From the NCBI GenBank assembly GCA_026129095.1, contig JAHCIT010000002.1:512530-560773 (forward strand): a DNA stretch of 48,244 nt, given 5' to 3'. Source of the DNA: Deltaproteobacteria bacterium. GTDB taxonomy: Bacteria; JAGRBM01; JAHCIT01. The position numbers were made by a program, and so were the translations under genes. The first letter of the stretch is position 1; every line of letters starts with the position of its first letter. The notes below the pieces were generated by a model. It was not told where the DNA came from. It did not search any database and saw nothing but the letters and a program-made list of their open reading frames with translations. This document shows positions 37,722-48,244 of the stretch, piece by piece.

Positions 37722-39017
37722 TTACCGTTTCTTCTTCGGACTTGGCCTTTTCGTCGTCGCCTTCTTTGCCTTTACGGGTTTCCTCGCTGTTACCTTCTTC
37801 GCTGGCTTTTTTGCCGGTCTCGAAGAAATCCTGCCAGCGGGAATGCCTTTCGGTACAACCGTGGATGGGCCTATCAGGATATCCGCCAGATGGCGGCGGT
37901 GATGACGCCCATCGCCAAACAGGAACTGGTTCATCTGCTGACGCTTGAAATAGATGTGGACGTCACACTCCCAGGTGAAACCGATTCCACCGTGAAACTG
38001 GACACTGCGGCCCGAGCAGAACCAGCCGCATTCGGCAGCGGCCGCCTTGGCCATGCGGGCGTACTTTTCGGCATTTTCGGGTTCGTGATCGATGGCGCAG
38101 GCCGCGTTATATACCAGCGACCTGACCTGGTCGATTTCGCACATCATGTTGACGATGGGATGCTTGACGGCCTGGAAGAAACCAATGGGCCGTCCGAACT
38201 GCTCTCTTACTTTTGCATATTCAACGGTGGTCTTGAGCTGCCACTCGGCGGCACCCGCCGAATCGGCAGCAACCGCCGTCCAGATGCTGGGGAGAGCCCT
38301 CTGGAGTACAGCCAGTCCCTTTCCGGGACCTGCCACGACGGCGTTTCCCGGGACCCGCACATTGCTGAAGTTGATCGTTCCCTGCTCTCGCGTCAGGTCC
38401 ACAATTCGGTCGGCCTTGATCTTGATACCGGCTTCGCGGACGGGAATGGCGAACAGGGCAATCCCCTGCGGACTGTGGGCAGAGACCACCAGAAAGTCCG
38501 CCTTGGGTGCATCCAGCACATATGCAGCGGTACCATTCAGGGTAAATCCACCTCCGCCGGAAGATTTCGCTTCTAGGGGAGCATCGCCCGGTTCCCATGA
38601 ACCGTCAGAGTTGGTTATCGCGAGAGTGGCCGCTTCCCCTTCGGCGATTCGTCCCATCCAGGCATAGGCTTCCGGTGTCTTGCATTCCCTGAGCACAAAG
38701 GTTGACAGCAGGGTAGAAAGAAGTGGAGCTGGTAGTGCGTGCGCGCCAGCCTCCTCGACTAGGGCGGCAACTGCCACCATACCGAGGCCCGGCCCGCCTG
38801 CTTCCTCGGGAATGGCAAGCGCAGGCCATCCCAGCTCGCTGATTTTCTTCCAGGTGTTTTCATCGAAGCGCCGCCATCCATCACGCTCGTACGCGGTGCG
38901 GTCACCGATAATCTGGCGAAGTTTTTCTATGGAGCAGTGTTCATCTAGGAACTTCCGCGCCTGCTGCTGAAGCATCTGCTCGTTGGAACCGAAACCAAAA
39001 TCCTTGGGCTGTGTCAT
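37722..39017 (-). CDS. Acyl-CoA dehydrogenase family protein (second subunit) with Lys-rich C-terminal tail
   Basis: 'ELGW..L.IPEE.GG.G', 'YAKVREQFGRPIGFFQAVKH', 'VQFHGGIGFTWE'; start at MTQPK. Confidence 0.92.
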   Translation of the reverse strand: MTQPKDFGFGSNEQMLQQQARKFLDEHCSIEKLRQIIGDRTAYERDGWRRFDENTWKKISELGWPALAIPEEAGGPGLGMVAVAALVEEAGAHALPAPLLSTLLSTFVLRECKTPEAYAWMGRIAEGEAATLAITNSDGSWEPGDAPLEAKSSGGGGFTLNGTAAYVLDAPKADFLVVSAHSPQGIALFAIPVREAGIKIKADRIVDLTREQGTINFSNVRVPGNAVVAGPGKGLAVLQRALPSIWTAVAADSAGAAEWQLKTTVEYAKVREQFGRPIGFFQAVKHPIVNMMCEIDQVRSLVYNAACAIDHEPENAEKYARMAKAAAAECGWFCSGRSVQFHGGIGFTWECDVHIYFKRQQMNQFLFGDGRHHRRHLADILIGPSTVVPKGIPAGRISSRPAKKPAKKVTARKPVKAKKATTKRPSPKKKR

Positions 39018-39033
39018 GGTTCGTTTTCCTTCC

Positions 39034-40248
39034 TTATTTCGACTTCGGGAGGCCGAGCACACGCTCGCCCAGGATGTTGCGCTGCACCTCGCTTGTGCCG
39101 GCAGCGATGGTGATGCCGTACGAATTCATGTAGGCGAGCGGCCATGCGGCGCCATCTGGCGCCTTGGGATCACCCATGTAGTAGTTTGCTGCCGGACCCT
39201 CGATTTCGAGTGCCAACGCAGATGCGAGCTGGCTGAACTCCGATCCAATCAGCTTTCCCTGCAGCGGGATCCGCATTGGATGTGCCGTAAGTGCTGGAAC
39301 ACGGGCGCGACGGAACGTCTGCTTGATCGCTTCGCCCTTGATGGCGAATTGCACGATTCTGTCACGGAGCGTTTCATCCTCGATGGCGGGCCTTCCGTCG
39401 CGCTTGACGCGCTTGCCAAGGGAAACGAGCCGATCGACAACTGACGTGAGCGACCGTTCCGCGCCTCCGGCTGATTCGGCTGCTCCGCGCTCGTAGAGCA
39501 GCGTTGTCATGGCGACATTCCAGCCGTTGCCGACCTGATCGAGGCGTAGGGTGTCCGGAACCTCGAGATTCTCGAAGAGCACTTCGTTGAATCCGGTTTC
39601 GCCTGTAATCTTGATCAATGGGCGGACAGTAACGCCCTTGGCACCCTTGATGGGTACGATGAAATAACTGAGCCCTTTGTACTTGTCGTCACGGCTCGTC
39701 CGGCACAGAAGGATCATCCACGAAGCGAAATGGGCGAGAGAAGTCCATACCTTGTGGCCATTGATTACCCACATGTCGCCCTTGCGCTCGGCGAAAGTCT
39801 GGGAGTTGGCGAGGTCAGAACCGGCCCCCGGCTCGGAAAATCCCTGACACCAGATTTCATCCGATGAGAGAATTCCCGGGACATAACGCCGCTTCTGTTC
39901 CTCGGTACCGTGAACGAGAATCGTCGGCGCGGCCATTCCCAGTCCGATGACGTTGATGAAGAACGGGACATCTGCGTGCCCAAGCTCCTGATTCACGATC
40001 CGCTGACGTTTATCGGTGGCGCCACCACCGCCATAGGCCTTCGGTATGTCCACCCCCACGAGGCCGGCGTCGTAGCATTTGCGCTGCCAGGCACAGAGGT
40101 ACTGCCGCTGCTCTTCGGTCATGACCTCCAGCGGCGACTGGGGTAGCCGGAAACCCGGCTTTGCTGGACGATTTTCCTTGAGCCACTTGCGCACATAGGC
40201 ACGGAATTCGGCCTGCTCGGGGGTATCTTTCTGTTCTGCTTCCGACAT
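39034..40248 (-). CDS. Acyl-CoA dehydrogenase family protein (catalytic subunit)
   Basis: 'WCQGFSEPGAGSDLA', 'NGHKVWTS', 'FNEVLF', 'TTLLYERG', 'IAAGTSEVQRNILGERVLGLP'. Confidence 0.95.
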   Translation of the reverse strand: MSEAEQKDTPEQAEFRAYVRKWLKENRPAKPGFRLPQSPLEVMTEEQRQYLCAWQRKCYDAGLVGVDIPKAYGGGGATDKRQRIVNQELGHADVPFFINVIGLGMAAPTILVHGTEEQKRRYVPGILSSDEIWCQGFSEPGAGSDLANSQTFAERKGDMWVINGHKVWTSLAHFASWMILLCRTSRDDKYKGLSYFIVPIKGAKGVTVRPLIKITGETGFNEVLFENLEVPDTLRLDQVGNGWNVAMTTLLYERGAAESAGGAERSLTSVVDRLVSLGKRVKRDGRPAIEDETLRDRIVQFAIKGEAIKQTFRRARVPALTAHPMRIPLQGKLIGSEFSQLASALALEIEGPAANYYMGDPKAPDGAAWPLAYMNSYGITIAAGTSEVQRNILGERVLGLPKSK

Positions 40249-40333
40249 GAGAGCCTCCGCTTCGAATATTCAGGTTGGGCGCATTTCCGTTCCTGATGCT
40301 TCAGGAACCGGCCGGGGCCCATATGAACCCAGA

Positions 40334-40351
40334 ATTGACTCATGAGTCAAT
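40334..40351. promoter_or_regulatory. Perfect 18-bp palindrome, probable repressor operator
   Basis: ATTGACTCA|TGAGTCAAT between the divergent ACAD and desaturase genes. Confidence 0.7.
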
Positions 40352-40634
40352 CTAAATAAATGCGAAGCCGTACCGGCTCGGGATGCTGCCAGACAAGTTT
40401 TGGATGTCCAGTAAGCGGGTTTTGCGTCATCCGTAACTCAAGCTGTTGAAATTAAAGGGTATTCAGGCTGGACACAGTGCCCAGAAATAAAACTGTCCGC
40501 ATTGCGCATGATGGGAAACCGGAATAGTAATAATTTAATGAAATCGGCCGGTTACCATTGCGGTTCAACATGAAAGCATATTAAACAAAAACCCGTTCGA
40601 GCATTCGTCTTGTGTAAGGCAGCCGACTTTAGAC

Positions 40635-41756
40635 ATGTCATCAAAGATTTCATTCCTCAGTCCTGATAAGGATCTGTTCGCCCAAACACTGAGGTCGCGC
40701 ATCGACGGCTACTTCCGTGAAAAGGGTATCTCTAGGTACGGGAATTCGTACTTGTGGACTAAAGCGGTGTTTTACCTGGGCAGCTATGTGGGGCTTTATT
40801 TTGCCATCCTGTCGGGCTGGTTCAGCGAGCCAGTAATGCTCCTGATGGCGGTAGCAATGGGATTTTTCGTGGCAGGTATCGGCTTCAATGTTGGGCACGA
40901 TGCAGTCCACGGATCATTTTCTGAATCTTCGCGCATCAACCGGGTGATGGGCCACGCATTCACGCTGATCGGCGCCAACGTCTACAACTGGAACATCTGC
41001 CACAACATAGTTCATCACTCCTATACCAATATTCCGGAAGCCGATGGCGATCTGCATCCAATGCCTTTTCTCAAGTTCCACCCTGGCGGCACGCATCGTC
41101 CGGCCCATCGGTATCAGCACTGGTATGCATTCTTTCTCTACTCGCTTACCTCACTTGCCTGGGCAATCCCCAAGGACTTCCGCCATTTCTTCCAGCGCCG
41201 GCTGATTGCTTACGACAAGCCAAAGCCGCCGGTCAGCGAATATTTCTGGCTGTTTGGCGGCAAAGGTGCCTACTACGTTGCCATGTGGATCGTTCCGGCC
41301 CTGGTGCTGGGACTTGTCTGGTGGAAGATCTTGATCGGTTTTGTGGCGATGCACCTGGTCGCCGGGTTCATGCTGGCGACAGTGTTCCAGCTCGGACATC
41401 TGGTGGAAGGCACGAAGTTCACGCCTTTGCCGGATGGCCCCATACCGGTTTCATGGATGGCTCACCAGATTGAGGCGTCAGCCAACTTTGCTCCGTCAAG
41501 CCGCCTCGCCCTGTGGGTAACCGGTGGCCTCAACTTCCAGATCGAACATCACCTGTTCCCGCGAATGTCCCATGCGCACTACCCGAAGATTGCCGAGATC
41601 GTGAAAACGACGGCTGCCGAGTTCGGTGTCAACTATACGGAATACCCTTCCTTCCTTTCTGCTCTGGCCTCGCACCGACGCCTTCTCCGGAAACTCGGGG
41701 AAACATCGGTCGCAATCAAGCCCCCAGCATCTGCTGAAATCGTCGCAGCGGCCTGA
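40635..41756 (+). CDS. Membrane fatty acid (acyl-CoA/acyl-lipid) desaturase
   Basis: Three His boxes HDAVH, HNIVHH, QIEHH; 'GGLNFQIEHHLFP'. Confidence 0.93.
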   Translation: MSSKISFLSPDKDLFAQTLRSRIDGYFREKGISRYGNSYLWTKAVFYLGSYVGLYFAILSGWFSEPVMLLMAVAMGFFVAGIGFNVGHDAVHGSFSESSRINRVMGHAFTLIGANVYNWNICHNIVHHSYTNIPEADGDLHPMPFLKFHPGGTHRPAHRYQHWYAFFLYSLTSLAWAIPKDFRHFFQRRLIAYDKPKPPVSEYFWLFGGKGAYYVAMWIVPALVLGLVWWKILIGFVAMHLVAGFMLATVFQLGHLVEGTKFTPLPDGPIPVSWMAHQIEASANFAPSSRLALWVTGGLNFQIEHHLFPRMSHAHYPKIAEIVKTTAAEFGVNYTEYPSFLSALASHRRLLRKLGETSVAIKPPASAEIVAAA

Positions 41757-42029
41757 GGTCTGCCAGCGGGCAGCTGGACGATCAGGCCGTCAAGTTGGCC
41801 GGGTAATTATCGGCCAAGAACACCTCCTGATTGGGCGCAATGCGGCAATTCAGGGCGAAAACGACCTAAGATGCTGAAGTTATTGTCGAAATCAGCTTTT
41901 TTAGTGGGCATCTTCTCGTTTTCAGACCAAAATTGAACAGAAAACGGACAGCAGAATGATCCGGATCATAGTCCTAACCCATTGTAATTTTTGATGAATT
42001 TCAATTTAGACATTTCTTTTTCTCAGGTA

Positions 42030-42058
42030 TTGACGAGAGGGGGGTTCATCCCCATAAT
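42030..42058 (+). promoter_or_regulatory. sigma70-type rRNA operon promoter
   Basis: TTGACG-N17-CATAAT preceded by an AT-rich UP-like tract and followed by GC-rich CGCG. Confidence 0.8.
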
Positions 42059-42117
42059 CGCGTTCCGCTGCAGGGGGTCCCTCTGCAGCAAAGTGGTGGT
42101 AGCAACAGGCTACGTCG

Positions 42118-42128
42118 GGTCTTTGACA
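42118..42128 (+). promoter_or_regulatory. boxA-like antitermination element (leader)
   Basis: GGTCTTTGACA, repeated identically at 44523-44533. Confidence 0.65.
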
Positions 42129-42280
42129 ACCAGATAGTACACAGCTTTTCGTTAAGCTCTTTTCGAGTTTTAATACTTGGATTAACGAAATGTCGGTCAA
42201 TGTGTCCGTTTTGTCCGAACAGGGCCGCAAGGCCGGTTTGGGCAAAGCATGAAGGACATGAGCCGCAAACTTACCAAGTT

Positions 42281-43825
<1,545 letters not shown>

Positions 43826-44192
43826 AGGAAGCTTATCAGAACAGCAGCACCCGCCAGGCATTGGGTTTCGGCCCGCCAGGCAAACAGGTGCCGCGTATCT
43901 GACATCCTGACGAAAGACTTATTGTAAAAGCGGACTTCCGGTTCGCCGGAAGCCACGCACACACTCCCTCGAAAAGCAGACACGAAAAGCAGTACTATCT
44001 GGTTATTAAAGATCCGGCGAAGCAGGCGACCAGCCTTCACGCCGATCCTTGAGAATCAGAAAGACCGAATTCCCCATGCAGCGCGGATGGCGCAGACGCT
44101 GACCGCGAACCTCCCAGGGACACGGCAGGCGAAACCTGGCCGCGCAAGTGAAGCACCGACCAGCCAGCAAGTCCTCTATCTGACCTTGAAAC

Positions 44193-44269
44193 GGGCCCAT
44201 AGCTCAGTTGGTTAGAGCGTCCGCTTGATAAGCGGAAGGTCGGTGGTTCAACTCCACCTGGGCCCACCA
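44193..44269 (+). tRNA. tRNA-Ile (GAT)
   Basis: Cloverleaf; anticodon stem TCCGC-TTGATAA-GCGGA; TTCAA T-loop; encoded CCA. Confidence 0.97.
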
Positions 44270-44286
44270 TTCTCCCGGCTTAATAC

Positions 44287-44362
44287 GGGGCAGTAGCTCA
44301 GTTGGGAGAGCGCCGGCTTTGCAAGCCGGAGGCCGTCGGTTCGATCCCGATCTGCTCCACCA
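44287..44362 (+). tRNA. tRNA-Ala (TGC)
   Basis: CCGGC-TTTGCAA-GCCGG anticodon arm; G3:U70 pair; encoded CCA. Confidence 0.97.
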
Positions 44363-44522
44363 GATTCAGGCGGGCAGTAACTTGGCTGATCGAAACTTGT
44401 ATGGGGAAACCAGTATGAACAGGCAGCACATGAGCCGCCGGTTCGAGCCTCCAGAGATACTGGAAGTTCGAACGGGCGGCTCCAGACGGGAACCGGTAGA
44501 ACGGTTCTGGTCGGGGGCCTAC

Positions 44523-44533
44523 GGTCTTTGACA
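44523..44533 (+). promoter_or_regulatory. boxA-like element (spacer)
   Basis: GGTCTTTGACA, identical to the leader copy, upstream of 23S. Confidence 0.65.
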
Positions 44534-44759
44534 GGTGAATATCGAGAGCAATGCAAATATAGTAACGTAATCAGAAGACGATTTTTTTGTGTCCATTACA
44601 ATAACTGTGATCGCGAGCGGGTCACCATGACGGTTCGGGCCGGTTTTCAGCCAGGAGTATCCGGTAACGGAGACGATAGGCTGAAGCAGGCAGCGAGCCG
44701 GGCGCGCGAGCGGAAACACAGGTTCCTTGAGTGTTCTCCACGAGAGATCTCAAGTTTAT

Positions 44760-47741
<2,982 letters not shown>

Positions 47742-48059
47742 TAAAATTCCGGTTCCGTCTGGTCCTTTACGGCCAGGCGGAACCTCTCGAGAACGAACAG
47801 GAAATCCTGTGCGGCTTCGGGAGGTTCCGTCAGACGTGAAGACAAGAAGAAACGGGAGCCGGGATAGTTATGAGATCTCCCGCGGAGAGTGCTTGATGGA
47901 ACCGCGCTGCCGGGCCTCAAAAAGGCCGGCAAGTGTATCCGCAAGGCGTCACGTGGGTGGCACGCAGCGTCACAGTGAATGATGTGGCATAAAATGATCG
48001 ATCAGAAAGCGTTCCACAGTTTGCATCGCTCCCGATTTCGCCTGCCAAAGTTTTGTGAT

Positions 48060-48176
48060 TTCCGGTGACAATGGCGGAGGTGTCCCACCCGTTCCCATTC
48101 CGAACACGGCAGTTAAGCCCTCCAGCGCCGATGGTACTACGATGTTGTTTTCGTGGGAGAGTAGGACGTCGCCGGA
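48060..48176 (+). rRNA. rrf: 5S ribosomal RNA
   Basis: 'CCCGTTCCCATTCCGAACACGGCAGTTAAG...GCCGATGGTACT...GGGAGAGTAGG'; terminal helix TCCGGTGAC/GTCGCCGGA. Confidence 0.97.
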
Positions 48177-48184
48177 TACAATTC

Positions 48185-48228
48185 GAAAGGCCCCGCAACC
48201 AAAAACGGTTGCGGGGCCTTTCCCTTTT
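48185..48228 (+). terminator. rRNA operon intrinsic terminator
   Basis: GAAAGGCCCCGCAACC-AAAAAC-GGTTGCGGGGCCTTTC followed by a pyrimidine/T run. Confidence 0.85.
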
Positions 48229-48244
48229 CCTCCCTTGGTCCTGG

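Noticed and set aside
43850-43882. Direct repeat CCCGCCAGGCA x2 in the 16S-tRNA spacer
   Set aside because: Only two copies 22 bp apart; not a CRISPR or repeat array

Overview
This is the chromosomal replication-origin region of a moderately GC-rich Gram-negative bacterium. The protein repertoire looks deltaproteobacterial-like, but the taxon cannot be fixed from sequence alone. Left to right: minus-strand envelope, signalling and metabolic genes; gyrB-dnaN; a dnaN-proximal oriC; a complete IS3-family (IS407-like) element inserted exactly at the dnaA stop codon; dnaA; psd; hisIE and hisF with two perfect parS sites flanking hisF; a pdhABC-lpdA operon ending in a LipB-LipA fusion; a Zn-ribbon/RDD protein; rsmE; an MBL-dodecin-dodecin-SDR-ABC cluster; an acyl-CoA dehydrogenase pair divergent from a fatty acid desaturase; and a full rRNA operon (16S, tRNA-Ile, tRNA-Ala, 23S, 5S). 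No CRISPR array, prophage or defence island was seen. The most striking observation is that the IS replaces the native dnaA TAG with its own terminal TGA, leaving DnaA intact while pushing oriC 1.28 kb away. The best candidate for an uncharacterised system is the operon with two dodecins that lack the flavin-binding residues. All calls are by eye; no database searches were run.
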